From: Candidatus Omnitrophota bacterium
Lineage (GTDB): Bacteria; Omnitrophota; Gorgyraeia; Gygaellales; Profunditerraquicolaceae
Length of the DNA: 62,087 nucleotides
Assembly: GCA_028712505.1 (NCBI GenBank)
Contig: JAQTQC010000002.1
Coordinates: 47,609-109,695, forward strand
Direction: 5' to 3'
Made by a program: the position numbers and the translations under genes
Part shown: positions 46,594 through 57,155 of the stretch, one piece after another
Numbering within the stretch: position 1 is the first letter of the stretch
Layout: every line of letters begins with the position of its first letter
Notes under the pieces: model-generated
What the model was told of the DNA's origin: nothing
Database searches by the model: none
The model's input: the letters and a program-made list of their open reading frames with translations, nothing else

Positions 46594-47850
46594 TTTTTGA
46601 TTCATGCTGTTTAAAAACTCTTCGTTATTCTTGGTCTTACTTAATTTCTCGATCAACAATTCCATAGCTTCCACGTTATTCAGCTCATTCAATACTTTTC
46701 TTAATATCCAGGTTTTTTGCAGCACATCCGGTTTAACCAAAAGCTCCTCATGCCGTGTATTAGAACGCTTAATGTCAATTGCCGGATAAATCCTGCGCTG
46801 GAACAAGTTACGGTCAAGCTGAGTTTCCATATTACCCGTGCCTTTGAACTCTTCAAAAATAACCTCATCCATACGGCTTCCGGTATCAACCAGGGCAGTA
46901 GCGATAATCGTCAAACTTCCGCCTTCGTCTACCGCGCGGGCCGCGCCGAAGAATCTTTTGGGTTTTTGCAGGGCATTAGAATCAATACCTCCCGAAAGGA
47001 CCTTGCCGCTATGGGGAACCACGGAGTTATAAGCGCGCGCCAGGCGGGTAATGCTATCCAAGAGGACTACTACATCGCGTTTATGCTCAACCAGACGTTT
47101 TGCTTTTTCCAATACAATCTCGGCAACCTGTACGTGGCGTTCCGGCGGCTCATCAAAGGTAGACGAAATTACTTCACCTTTGACATTGCGCTGCATGTCC
47201 GTAACCTCTTCCGGGCGCTCGTCGATCAAAAGAACGATCAAGACCACATCCGGATTATTGCTGGTAATCGCATTGGCGATCTTCTGCAGCAAAACAGTCT
47301 TACCGCTATACGGCTGGGCGACAATCAAACCACGCTGGCCCTTACCGATCGGAGTAAGCAGACTCATAATCCGCATGGATATTTCATCCGGCCGGGTCTC
47401 CATATTGAATGGCTGGCGCGGATAAACCGGGGTAAGGTTGTCAAAAAGTACCTTCTCCTTTACCTCCTCGGGATTCTCAAAATTTACCGCCTCAACCTTA
47501 AGCAGGGCAAAATATTTTTCCCCCTCTTTCGGCGGACGGATCTGTCCGCTTACGGTATCCCCGGTGCGTAGTTCGAATTTCCTGATCTGCGACGGAGAAA
47601 TATAAATATCGTCCGGACAGGGAAGATAATTGTAATTCGGGCTTCTTAAAAAACCAAAACCCTCGGAAAGGATTTCTAATACACCTTCACCGAACATCAG
47701 CCCTTCCTTCTCCGCCTGGGCCTGAAGTATTTTAAAAATCAGGTCCTGTTTTTTTAAACCGCTGGTGCCATTGGCATTCAATTCTTTTGCCAGCTTATTT
47801 AATTCACCGATTTTCATATCTTTAAGATTCTTGATATCTAACTTTTCCAC
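46591..47850 (-). CDS. rho: transcription termination factor Rho
   Basis: An N-terminal RNA-binding domain (GFGFLR), Walker [13 protein letters not shown] and a RecA-like ATPase domain. Confidence 0.96.
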   Translation of the reverse strand: MEKLDIKNLKDMKIGELNKLAKELNANGTSGLKKQDLIFKILQAQAEKEGLMFGEGVLEILSEGFGFLRSPNYNYLPCPDDIYISPSQIRKFELRTGDTVSGQIRPPKEGEKYFALLKVEAVNFENPEEVKEKVLFDNLTPVYPRQPFNMETRPDEISMRIMSLLTPIGKGQRGLIVAQPYSGKTVLLQKIANAITSNNPDVVLIVLLIDERPEEVTDMQRNVKGEVISSTFDEPPERHVQVAEIVLEKAKRLVEHKRDVVVLLDSITRLARAYNSVVPHSGKVLSGGIDSNALQKPKRFFGAARAVDEGGSLTIIATALVDTGSRMDEVIFEEFKGTGNMETQLDRNLFQRRIYPAIDIKRSNTRHEELLVKPDVLQKTWILRKVLNELNNVEAMELLIEKLSKTKNNEEFLNSMNQK

Positions 47851-48446
47851 ACCATCCTCCTTATTTCGGAAACCTGTTTCCGAGTTTCACTGATTAAACC
47901 ACGGTTATCTATGATAAAATCCGCTAAGCGCAACTTTGCGGCTTGCGAAATCTGATATTCCATCCTCTGAAGGATTTCTTCCCTCTCTAGACCCAGCCTC
48001 TTCTGACTGCGGATAATCTGCTGTTCTCTGTCAGCTTTAACCACAAGAAGTTTATCAACCATCCCGGCTAATCCCGTCTCAATAATCAAGGCAGCATCCA
48101 AGATTATGAACTTCTTATCCGAAGCCTTAATCAGACGCCGGATATCGGCAATCACCGCATGATGAACGATATCGTTTAATTTAGCTAAAGCCGCCTTATT
48201 GATAAAAACTATTCTTCCCAGTTTAGAGCGGTCAATACGTTTATCGGCCTTAAGTATTCTTTCACCGAAATAAGCAACAACTTTTTTATAAACCGGGCTG
48301 CCGATTTTAAAAGAATCGTGCGCCAGCCTATCGGCATCGATCAACAAGGAATCTCTTGTCTTCAGCATCCTGGCTACAGTACTCTTACCGGAACCGATAC
48401 CCCCGGTAATACCCAAAACTAATTTAGTTTTCTTTTGCTTTGGCAT
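47838..48446 (-). CDS. coaE: dephospho-CoA kinase
   Basis: P-loop [12 protein letters not shown] and typical CoaE length. Confidence 0.9.
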   Translation of the reverse strand: MPKQKKTKLVLGITGGIGSGKSTVARMLKTRDSLLIDADRLAHDSFKIGSPVYKKVVAYFGERILKADKRIDRSKLGRIVFINKAALAKLNDIVHHAVIADIRRLIKASDKKFIILDAALIIETGLAGMVDKLLVVKADREQQIIRSQKRLGLEREEILQRMEYQISQAAKLRLADFIIDNRGLISETRKQVSEIRRMVWKS

Positions 48447-49815
48447 ATAACTGGATATATTTTTTTGCGGAAGCCTCCCAGGAAAAATTACATTTCATAG
48501 CATTATTTACCAGATGCATCCACTTCTTTTTGTCCTTAAAAACCGCCGTTGCCTTTTTAAGAAGTTTGAGAAATTCTTCTTTATTATGAGTAGTCAGCAG
48601 AAAACCATTATTTTTATTTATCGTATCCGCCAACCCGCCGGTCTTAAAAACCAGGGGGATAGTCCCATAATGCAGGCTGATCAACTGTCCGAGCCCGCAA
48701 GGTTCGTATTTCGAAAGCATGAGAAAAATGTCGCTGCCGGCATAAATCTTATGCGCTAACGGATCGTCGAACTTTAAATTTAAAGAAATCTTCTTGGGAT
48801 ATTTTTTCTGCGCCGCAGATAAAATCTGATGGTATTGCAAATCGCCCATTCCTAAAATAACCAACTGCACATCCATCTTGCATAATTCATCCAACCCCTG
48901 AGTAAGGATATCCAGACCTTTTGCCTCGACCAGGCGCGAGACAATACCTAAAACCGGGATATCCTTATTTACCGGAAGGCCGCATATCGCCTGAAGATCC
49001 CCTTTATTAAAACTTTTGTCTTCTATTGTCTTGACCGAGAAATTATGCATGATGAAATTATCTGTGTTGGGATCCCAAACGTAATAATCCAGACCGTTGA
49101 CTATCCCGCTTAGGACATCCTTACGCTCCCTTAATAAACCGTCCAGACCAAACCCCAGCTCTTCACTTTTGATCTCCTCAGCGTAAGTAGGGCTGACTGT
49201 ATTGATAAAATCGGAGAAAACTATCCCACCTTTTAGCAGATTGATCCGGCCGTAGAATTCCAGACCCGAGACACTAAAAAGGCTGTTTTCTAAACCCAGT
49301 TTTCCGAATTCAGATCCGGCAAACAATCCCTGATAGCCAAGATTATGGATCGTCAGCACACTTTTCATTTTGCTATAAAAACGGTCTTCTGCGTATAAAT
49401 TCTTCAGGTACACCGCAACCAGGCTAGACTGCCAATCGTGCAGGTGCAGGATATCAGCGGGAAAATCTATTTCTTTTAATAAATCCAGAGCCCGGCGGCA
49501 GAAAAAAGCAAACCTCTCCAGATTATCCTGGTAATCTCCGTTCTTATCCACATAAAGACCTTCCCGGTTAAAATATAAATCATTCTCTAAAAAGAAAACC
49601 TTTATGTTATTACCGATGACCGCGCAGGATACATCTTTAAAAACCCGGCTCGTCTTGAATTTTCCTTCTTTGATACACTTATACCTGGGCATAATAACAA
49701 TCACCTCTTGCCCGCAATCCTCTAAGACTAACGGCAAGGCGCCAACCACGTCGGCAAGGCCGCCAGTCTTGGCAAAGGGGACAACCTCAGAAGCAATCAT
49801 CGCTATCTTCATCAA
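48424..49815 (-). CDS. glgA: glycogen/starch synthase (GT5)
   Basis: Has the N-terminal motif SEVVPFAKTGGLADVVGALP. Confidence 0.92.
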   Translation of the reverse strand: MMKIAMIASEVVPFAKTGGLADVVGALPLVLEDCGQEVIVIMPRYKCIKEGKFKTSRVFKDVSCAVIGNNIKVFFLENDLYFNREGLYVDKNGDYQDNLERFAFFCRRALDLLKEIDFPADILHLHDWQSSLVAVYLKNLYAEDRFYSKMKSVLTIHNLGYQGLFAGSEFGKLGLENSLFSVSGLEFYGRINLLKGGIVFSDFINTVSPTYAEEIKSEELGFGLDGLLRERKDVLSGIVNGLDYYVWDPNTDNFIMHNFSVKTIEDKSFNKGDLQAICGLPVNKDIPVLGIVSRLVEAKGLDILTQGLDELCKMDVQLVILGMGDLQYHQILSAAQKKYPKKISLNLKFDDPLAHKIYAGSDIFLMLSKYEPCGLGQLISLHYGTIPLVFKTGGLADTINKNNGFLLTTHNKEEFLKLLKKATAVFKDKKKWMHLVNNAMKCNFSWEASAKKYIQLYAKAKEN

Positions 49816-52352
49816 ACAGCCTCCATATCCAACCAGTTTTTTCCTTTTTTCATATCTATTTTTATCGGCACATCGAGTTTTTTCACTTGTTCCATTTCCT
49901 CTTTTACTATCCTAGCCAAAACATCAAGCTCCTTAACCGGCAGATCAAAAACCAGCTCGTCATGAATCTGCAGGATCATTTTACTTTTCAGGCCGCTTTT
50001 CTTGATCCGTTCGGATATCTTAACCATTGCCATCTTGATCAGATCACTGGCTGTACCTTGAATAGGGGTATTTACCGCCTGCCGTTCCGCAAACTGGCGG
50101 ATACCCATATTCTTGCTGTTAATCTCCGGGATATATCTTCTTCTGCCCATAAGCGTGGTTACGAAACCCTCGCTCCTGGCTTTATGGATCTGGGCGTCAA
50201 TAAACTCCCTTACTTTCGGATAACGCAAGAAGTAAGCGTCAATAAAATCCTGCGCCTGCATAACCGGTATGCCTAAATCTTTACTTAAGCCATAAGAACT
50301 CTGGCCATAAACAATACCAAAATTAACTCTTTTGGCCACCTCCCGCATATTATCAACGACTTCTGACTCGCTGATATTGTAAATCAATGAAGCAGTCAGG
50401 CGGTGTATATCCTGATTACTGTGGAATGCCTCGACTAAAGTCTTATCCCCGCAAAGATGGGCGAGCACCCTTAACTCAATCTGCGAATAATCACATGACA
50501 AAAGACAGTTGTCTTTCCCCGAAGCAATGATTGCCTGGCGGATCCTAGCCCCGATATCTGTCTTGATCGGGATATTCTGCAGGTTGGGATTACTTGAGCT
50601 GAGCCTGCCGGTTTCTGTCCCTGTCTGATTAAAAGACGTATGCACCCTGCCGGTTTCGGGGTTTACCAGCTTGGGGAGAGCATCAACATAGGTATTCTTT
50701 AACTTAGTCAGCTGCCGATACTCTAATAACAGCGCCGGAAGTGCATGTTTCTCGCCCAACCTCCTGAGCACCTCCTCGTCCGTAGAGGGACCGGTTTTAG
50801 TTTTTTTAATGATCGGGAGTTTAAGTTTTTCAAATAAAACCTGGCCCAGCTGTTTCGGAGAGTTTATATTAAACTGCGTTCCGCTTGAATCATAGATATC
50901 CGCGATCAATTTAATCAGTTTTTTCTCGATATCACGCGATAATTCTTCAAGTAACTGCAAATCCAGAGTTATCCCCTCCTGCTCCATCTCTGCCAAAACA
51001 CTTACCAGGGGCATCTCAAGATCAGCAAACAACCCGGATAGCCCTTTTTCTTCTAAAGCCTTCTTGAGTACCGGTTTTAATTTAACTACCAAGCTCAAAG
51101 CATTTTTCTCTTCCAGCTTCTCTTCACGGAAAAACTCGCCCAGGTTTTCTAAGGCTAAATCGATAAGTGCATAACTTGAACGTGATGGATTCAGCAGATA
51201 TGCGGCAATCATAACATCAAAATCCAAACCATTCAAAACCAGGCCCTGTCTAAAAAGAGCGACTTTAAGCTTTTTAAGATCAAAACCTGTTTTCTTTATC
51301 CGGCTATCGCTGATTAACGCATCCAATTCCCCTGCAGCAGATTCAGCGTTGAATATCTTATCCCCTACAGAAAAAAACAATCCTTCTTTGCTATCACCGG
51401 AAAGCGCAAGCTCTGACGAACTTTTCAATAAACTTTTCAATTCTCCGAAGCTTAAGTCATCTAATTTAATCTCAGGGGCATCTTCCCCTGTGTCAGGCAG
51501 TTCTTTAAGCAGGCTCTTAAACTCTAACTTTTTAAAAATTCCGCTCAACCGCTTATAGTCGGGAGTGCCAAACCTGACTTTTTTCAAATCCAAGGTTACA
51601 CCTACTTTTTCATTCAACAAGATCAACTCTTTATTCAATTTTATACGCTCGATATTCTCTGAAATCGCGTTTTTAATCTTTTCAGGATTAACCTTGGCGA
51701 TATTTTTAAGCAGTTTATCCAAAGAGCCAAACTCCAATATAAGTTTTTCCGCGGTCTTCTCGCCGATCCCCGGCACACCCGGTATGTTATCCGCATCATC
51801 GCCCATGAGCGCAATGACATCCGCCGTCAACTCCGGGCTGACCCCAAAGACCTCTACAACTTTCTTTTCATCATAAAGCACACCGCTATCTTTATAGGGG
51901 TTAAATACCGAAACACGGCTATTTACCAACTGCAGGATATCCTTATCGCTGCTTACGATTGTAACGTGCATTTTCTTTGCCGCAGCCTTTCGGGAAAGCT
52001 CAGCGATTATGTCATCCGCTTCAAAACCTTTTTTCTCGAAAATAGAAATGCCGTAAGCAGCAATAATCTCTTTAATTATCGGTATCTGGCTGCTTAGGCC
52101 GTCGGGCATTGGCGGCCTCTGCATCTTATACTGTGCGAACTTCTGCAAGCGGAATGTATCCCGGGATATATCAAAGCAACAGGCCAGGTAATCCGGCTTC
52201 TGCTCCTTCAATATCTTGTTCAGGATGTTTAAAAATCCATAAACCGCATTAGTAGGCTCGCCTGATACGGTACTCATACCGCTCAAGGCATAATAAGCCC
52301 GATAGCAAAATGCAGTCGCGTCAATCAAGAATAAGTTTTTATCAGCCATCAA
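49812..52352 (-). CDS. polA: DNA polymerase I
   Basis: An N-terminal 5'-3' exonuclease domain and a C-terminal family A polymerase with DYSQIELRVLAH and QIHDELV motifs. Confidence 0.95.
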   Translation of the reverse strand: MMADKNLFLIDATAFCYRAYYALSGMSTVSGEPTNAVYGFLNILNKILKEQKPDYLACCFDISRDTFRLQKFAQYKMQRPPMPDGLSSQIPIIKEIIAAYGISIFEKKGFEADDIIAELSRKAAAKKMHVTIVSSDKDILQLVNSRVSVFNPYKDSGVLYDEKKVVEVFGVSPELTADVIALMGDDADNIPGVPGIGEKTAEKLILEFGSLDKLLKNIAKVNPEKIKNAISENIERIKLNKELILLNEKVGVTLDLKKVRFGTPDYKRLSGIFKKLEFKSLLKELPDTGEDAPEIKLDDLSFGELKSLLKSSSELALSGDSKEGLFFSVGDKIFNAESAAGELDALISDSRIKKTGFDLKKLKVALFRQGLVLNGLDFDVMIAAYLLNPSRSSYALIDLALENLGEFFREEKLEEKNALSLVVKLKPVLKKALEEKGLSGLFADLEMPLVSVLAEMEQEGITLDLQLLEELSRDIEKKLIKLIADIYDSSGTQFNINSPKQLGQVLFEKLKLPIIKKTKTGPSTDEEVLRRLGEKHALPALLLEYRQLTKLKNTYVDALPKLVNPETGRVHTSFNQTGTETGRLSSSNPNLQNIPIKTDIGARIRQAIIASGKDNCLLSCDYSQIELRVLAHLCGDKTLVEAFHSNQDIHRLTASLIYNISESEVVDNMREVAKRVNFGIVYGQSSYGLSKDLGIPVMQAQDFIDAYFLRYPKVREFIDAQIHKARSEGFVTTLMGRRRYIPEINSKNMGIRQFAERQAVNTPIQGTASDLIKMAMVKISERIKKSGLKSKMILQIHDELVFDLPVKELDVLARIVKEEMEQVKKLDVPIKIDMKKGKNWLDMEAV

Positions 52353-52405
52353 CTAAATATAAAAGGAATTCAATATAGGGAAAGAGTTTTTGCAGTTGCG
52401 CGACC

Positions 52406-53698
52406 CTAGCGCGACAGAGCTCTTAACTCTGCCTTTTCAATAAACGCTTCAATCTCTGGGTTATCCTGGTCTAAATACTGGGCATCCAAAGCCTCTTTGA
52501 TTGCCGTAGCCAAATCTCCTTTGTTAAAACTCTGCTTGGCTTTCTCGAAATGATCCCGGGCAAGGGTCTGATCGTTTCTATTGACTGCAGATTTATACTT
52601 TGCGACATCTTTAATTAAACCCAAAACCTCGGCTTCCCGCGCATCGGCAACAGGGCTGCTGGATAAAACCGTACGGATATCTTTGACCCGGTCAGCCGCC
52701 TTCTGCTTCCAGGGATTCTCCGCTGAGCCTAACTCCGCGCGCTTAGCCCAATAAAATTCCGCCTTTTCTAAATCGCGTTTTTTCTCATAAAAAAGCGCGA
52801 TATTAACATATGCGCTCAATAACGTGGGGTCGAACCTGATTGCCTTTAAATAACATTCTTCCGCCCGCTCAGGAGCATTGGCTGCTTCGTAGATAATCCC
52901 TAAATCATTATAAGCCGCAGCACTCGCCGGATCAGCGTCGATTCTTTGAATGAAATCTTTGATTTCCTGGCTAGCCCGATCTAGATCCTGGGCCTCATAT
53001 GCCTCTTTGATTGCTGCGGTCATTTTTCCTTTACTATAATACTGGCCGGCCTTGCGCAAATGATTCTGGGCCTGCACCCGGTCGGCTTTGGTAAATGCGG
53101 ATTTATAGGTTGAGACGTCTTTGATCAAACCTAATACGTCTTCTTCCCGCGCATCAGCTTCCGGACGCTTTGATAAAACTGCGCGGATATCTTTAAACCG
53201 TTTAGCTGCTTTCTGAGTCCAAGGATCCTCTACAGGGCCTAACTCTGCCCTTTTAGCCCAATAGAACGCAGCCCTATCTAAATCCCGTTGGTCTTCATAA
53301 AAAAGCGCTATATTGCTGTAAGAACTTAAATAGGAAGGATCAACCTTGATTGCCCTGAAATAACTCTCTTTTGCCCGGTCAGGAAAACCGGCAGCTTCAT
53401 AGATAACCCCTAAATCATTATAAGCAACCGCATAAGTCGGATCCAGCGCAATCGCCTTTTGGTATAAAGTCATCGCCATAGGTATATTGCCCATGCGCTG
53501 ATTTTCTAAACCTTCTTCACGATATTTTCTGGCCTGTTCCGGTAGCCCTCCGCTAACTTCCGTTGGTGAATTATCCTCGGCGTCATCCTGGGCAAAAAGC
53601 AAACCGCCAAAGCAAAAAAGGCATATCGCGGTAATCAGGGTAAATAAGAATTTAGGCAGGAAGTGAATTTTCATTTTAGTTTGACTAATTATATACAT
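52406..53698 (-). CDS. exported TPR-repeat protein with twofold internal duplication
   Basis: An N-terminal signal/transmembrane segment. Two ~170-aa halves align residue by residue (AYNDLG.IYEAA...FYWAKRAELG...). Confidence 0.8.
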   Translation of the reverse strand: MYIISQTKMKIHFLPKFLFTLITAICLFCFGGLLFAQDDAEDNSPTEVSGGLPEQARKYREEGLENQRMGNIPMAMTLYQKAIALDPTYAVAYNDLGVIYEAAGFPDRAKESYFRAIKVDPSYLSSYSNIALFYEDQRDLDRAAFYWAKRAELGPVEDPWTQKAAKRFKDIRAVLSKRPEADAREEDVLGLIKDVSTYKSAFTKADRVQAQNHLRKAGQYYSKGKMTAAIKEAYEAQDLDRASQEIKDFIQRIDADPASAAAYNDLGIIYEAANAPERAEECYLKAIRFDPTLLSAYVNIALFYEKKRDLEKAEFYWAKRAELGSAENPWKQKAADRVKDIRTVLSSSPVADAREAEVLGLIKDVAKYKSAVNRNDQTLARDHFEKAKQSFNKGDLATAIKEALDAQYLDQDNPEIEAFIEKAELRALSR

Positions 53699-53724
53699 TT
53701 AATACACTTACGTCAAGAGGAAAG

Positions 53725-56286
53725 TTAAATAATCGCCTCCATGTTTAACACCGGATGCGCTACCCTTTGCAAGAAAACTAAAAGCTCTTCAGAACTTACC
53801 GCGACAGTTTCATCAGCAATCTTATCCAATAAATCAGGCTCCCCGATCTCTTCAGCCCGCTTCTTCAACTTATCTGCCAATACCTCTTTTAACTCTTTAG
53901 GCATCCAGACCACCCGTTTCAATCCTCCTTCGGCTGAGATAAATTTCTTACTTGTTATATATAATTTACCCACGCCCAGAAAACCCGGTGTTTGCACTCC
54001 TCCGCCGACCGAACCGGCTAAGGTGGTAAAACTCATCCCGGAAGGAGTAAGTCCGGAGTAATCTCGGTTAACAATCATCACCCCGTTTGCCTCAGGGACA
54101 ATTGCCACGATGCATTCAAAACACCCGCAGGATGACTGCGGCCCTTCCATCAAAGAGTACATGCTCACCGTATCAACTGTTTTATTGGACTTTTCCCAGA
54201 CGAACCGATTGATATTATCCCATTGGCCAAGCCGGGCATCTAAAAGATTGCCCTTTTCAACCGGCTGGTTAGGCCCGGTAGGGATTATCTCGAATGAGGC
54301 CTTGGCATCAAGCCAAGAATACGCCCCGCATAAACCCAAACGTTCCGGGGTAACAATACAAACATGATTAGGAGCAAAAGACTGGCACAATAAGCAGGAA
54401 TAAAATGTATCGACACTCTCATCAGTCATCCCGGCCAGACGTTCATCGCGCTGATCAAAAACTTCCTGCGCGCTTTTAATTAAATTATCCACATCTACCT
54501 GCTTAGTATAAATCCTTACCTGCACCTTATCCACTATAGCGCTGTACTCCTGATGCAGCATAGCATGCAAGATAACCCCCAGGTGCTTAAGCCGGAAGCC
54601 CTTATTGAAGGCATCGTTAGAAATCCTTATCCAGACCATATCCCGCTGTCCCATATGCATCAACCCCATGGCATAATTCACAAAACGATGTATCTGGCGC
54701 TCCAGGATCGGCTCAAAATCTTTTTGCATTTTACGGCCAAAAACATCGACGACAATCGCCAAGGGCAGAGACTTTATTCCCAACCCAAGCTGGTCGATAT
54801 CCGAACCGATCAATTCTATTTTGCCGTCTTCAACCCCAGCCTCATCTTTAATGCTTAAGAATTCCAGGGCTGCACCGGCCTTGCCTCCAAACTCAACTGC
54901 CAGCTGTTCCTTGCGCACACGTTCACCTTCAAAAGCAGCAGCATACGGCACAGGAACGGCAACTTCGGCAACTTTAACTTTTATGCCGCGGGTCAATATG
55001 CATTTCGACGGCAGTTTCTGATAATCCTTCTCAGTAACTAATGCTTCAAACAAAGTTGTATCAATTTTAGACAGTTGCGGGACCTCTAAATCAGTAATTA
55101 TAGGCAAGCCAAAAGCCAAAGCCCCTAAACCGGTAGCCACCAAAACTTCATCAACATGGCTAAGCAGCAAAACAAATGCCGGAACGCGGTTACGTATATA
55201 ATCCGCAACCTCCTGCCATTGGCCGGGTTTATTGCCACCATAAATCAAAGGCGCCCGGGATGCGAAATTTACCGCATAGATCGCGGATAAGTAATCCTCG
55301 CCCAATTCAACGATATAATTCTCCAGGCCGAGTTCAACCCCTTTTTTCTCAAGCTGCTGTTTAAAAGTCAAGCCGTTGACGTTTCCCGCAAGTAAAGAGA
55401 CAATACTCTTGGATTGAAATTCGCGAATTAAATCTGCAGCAGACTGTTCATCTTTAGCCGGCCCCAGGATTACAGCAATCCCGGAAATCCTGCCATCCAC
55501 CAATTGCAGGCCAAGCGACCTCAAGACTTTATCCGGGATAAAACCTATCCCCCCTTTAGGATGCTCCTGACTCTCTACCGCCAAAGCCGCTAAAATCTCT
55601 TCGCAAATTAAAGTGGCCACCCCTTTATTTAAAATTCCCCCCAGGCTCTTGATAATCAAGCCACTGGAAGTTGCCTCGTTTCTTGCCAGGTTTTCAGCCT
55701 GGGAAAAAGCAAGCTGGCAATCTGCAAGGGTCTTTACTTCTATATCCAACAAGGCGTTGATCAAAGGCAGATAATAATTTGTTTCAGGAAATCCGATTGC
55801 TCCACTTTCTCCTTTTTGCCCGATTGCTTTATCCAAAGCCTGGCGGGTAAGACCAAATACCGCATCTGCACCTTTTACGCCAAGCTGCACAAGCAAATCA
55901 GATGTATCAGGCGCCTTCTCCTCAATTTTATCAACCATTGTTTTATCTATAAATATAACCAAACATACGCCGACGGCTTTGCCGTCTTTAAATTTGACTG
56001 CTTCTGCCCTTCCCTCGCCGACAATCTCCTGTAACGGACTGCTGATTATCTCTATATCCGCAGGCAATTCCTTTGGATTCTGCAGGCTATCCTGGCTGAC
56101 GAGTTTAACCCCAACTTTATATCTTTCACGGATTGACTCAGCCAGTCCGAGTGCTAGTCCGAACGGCCCATCAATACAGACAGTGTCATTGATATGATAA
56201 TCATCCAACTTTTTAAAATCTTCTGCGGAGCTGAGTAAAACTACCCCTTTTTTCCTGGCTCCGGGTATCTGCGGTAAGTTTGCCAT
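53725..56286 (-). CDS. acsB: CO-methylating acetyl-CoA synthase (AcsB/ACS alpha) with N-terminal extension
   Basis: Has the A-cluster ligand pattern FYSCLLCQSFAPNHVCIVTPERLGLCG and CGC (54121-54129; SSCGCFECI). The rest is collinear with bacterial AcsB as I recall it (GFPETNYYLP..., GRKMQKDFEPILERQIH). Confidence 0.88.
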   Translation of the reverse strand: MANLPQIPGARKKGVVLLSSAEDFKKLDDYHINDTVCIDGPFGLALGLAESIRERYKVGVKLVSQDSLQNPKELPADIEIISSPLQEIVGEGRAEAVKFKDGKAVGVCLVIFIDKTMVDKIEEKAPDTSDLLVQLGVKGADAVFGLTRQALDKAIGQKGESGAIGFPETNYYLPLINALLDIEVKTLADCQLAFSQAENLARNEATSSGLIIKSLGGILNKGVATLICEEILAALAVESQEHPKGGIGFIPDKVLRSLGLQLVDGRISGIAVILGPAKDEQSAADLIREFQSKSIVSLLAGNVNGLTFKQQLEKKGVELGLENYIVELGEDYLSAIYAVNFASRAPLIYGGNKPGQWQEVADYIRNRVPAFVLLLSHVDEVLVATGLGALAFGLPIITDLEVPQLSKIDTTLFEALVTEKDYQKLPSKCILTRGIKVKVAEVAVPVPYAAAFEGERVRKEQLAVEFGGKAGAALEFLSIKDEAGVEDGKIELIGSDIDQLGLGIKSLPLAIVVDVFGRKMQKDFEPILERQIHRFVNYAMGLMHMGQRDMVWIRISNDAFNKGFRLKHLGVILHAMLHQEYSAIVDKVQVRIYTKQVDVDNLIKSAQEVFDQRDERLAGMTDESVDTFYSCLLCQSFAPNHVCIVTPERLGLCGAYSWLDAKASFEIIPTGPNQPVEKGNLLDARLGQWDNINRFVWEKSNKTVDTVSMYSLMEGPQSSCGCFECIVAIVPEANGVMIVNRDYSGLTPSGMSFTTLAGSVGGGVQTPGFLGVGKLYITSKKFISAEGGLKRVVWMPKELKEVLADKLKKRAEEIGEPDLLDKIADETVAVSSEELLVFLQRVAHPVLNMEAII

Positions 56287-57155
56287 TATAATCCACTAGC
56301 CTCCAAAACAAGAGGCATAATTTTATTCCAGCCAATCGGCATAATATGGATGCCCTGGCACATGGGTTTTATTTTCTTGATCAGCCGGCTGGCAATCTCC
56401 ACCGAAGCAGCTGTTCTGTCTTTAGCTTCTTCCATCTCCTTGATCAGATCATCCGGGACAAATACCCCGGCGACATGCTTATTCATATACCGGGCCATAG
56501 ACGCTGATTTTAATAAGACAATCCCCGCCATAACCGGCACCTTTATATGTTTTATCCTGGAGATAAAATTCTCAAATGCTTTTAGATCAAAAACCGCCTG
56601 GGTCTGGAAGAATTCAGCCCCGGCGGAAATCTTCTTCTCCATTTTAATAATTTGAGGCTCTAAAGGATCCGCTCCAGGATTAACTACTGCCCCGAGGCAG
56701 AATTTCGGAGCAGCCCCTTCCAGCTTATTGCCTTTCATATCTTGCCCGGATTCCAATTTCTTAGCTGCTTGCAATAACTGAACTGAATCCAAATCAAAAA
56801 CAGGCTTAGCTTCGGGATGATCACCTAAAGCCGGATGATCACCGGTTAAAATTGAAATATTTTCTATGCCCAAAGCAGCCGCGGATAATAAATCCGATTG
56901 CAGCGCCAGGCGGTTGCGGTCACGGCAGGTAAGTTGATAGACTGGCTCAAAACCTTTTTGCTTAAGCAGGAAACTTACGGTAAGCGAACCCAAGCGCATC
57001 ACCGAACTCTGCAAGTCAGTCACGTTTATCGCATCTGACTTTGAGTGGTAAAGCTCGACTTCTTTGAGTAACTCATCGACATGGATACCTTTGGCAGGAC
57101 CAACTTCCGAGGTAAGCAAGAATTTACCCGCCTGTATTTTTTCTTTAAATGTCAT
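56286..57155 (-). CDS. metF: methylenetetrahydrofolate reductase
   Basis: MTHFR-family sequence and length. Its stop overlaps the acsB start (TAATG). Confidence 0.82.
   Translation of the reverse strand: MTFKEKIQAGKFLLTSEVGPAKGIHVDELLKEVELYHSKSDAINVTDLQSSVMRLGSLTVSFLLKQKGFEPVYQLTCRDRNRLALQSDLLSAAALGIENISILTGDHPALGDHPEAKPVFDLDSVQLLQAAKKLESGQDMKGNKLEGAAPKFCLGAVVNPGADPLEPQIIKMEKKISAGAEFFQTQAVFDLKAFENFISRIKHIKVPVMAGIVLLKSASMARYMNKHVAGVFVPDDLIKEMEEAKDRTAASVEIASRLIKKIKPMCQGIHIMPIGWNKIMPLVLEASGL

Noticed and set aside
46717-47571. 284-aa plus-strand ORF antisense to rho
   Set aside because: It is fully embedded antisense in a highly conserved gene. It has no ribosome-binding site or promoter, and its translation is low-complexity and Arg/Leu-rich. 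Long antisense frames are a known by-product of codon bias.
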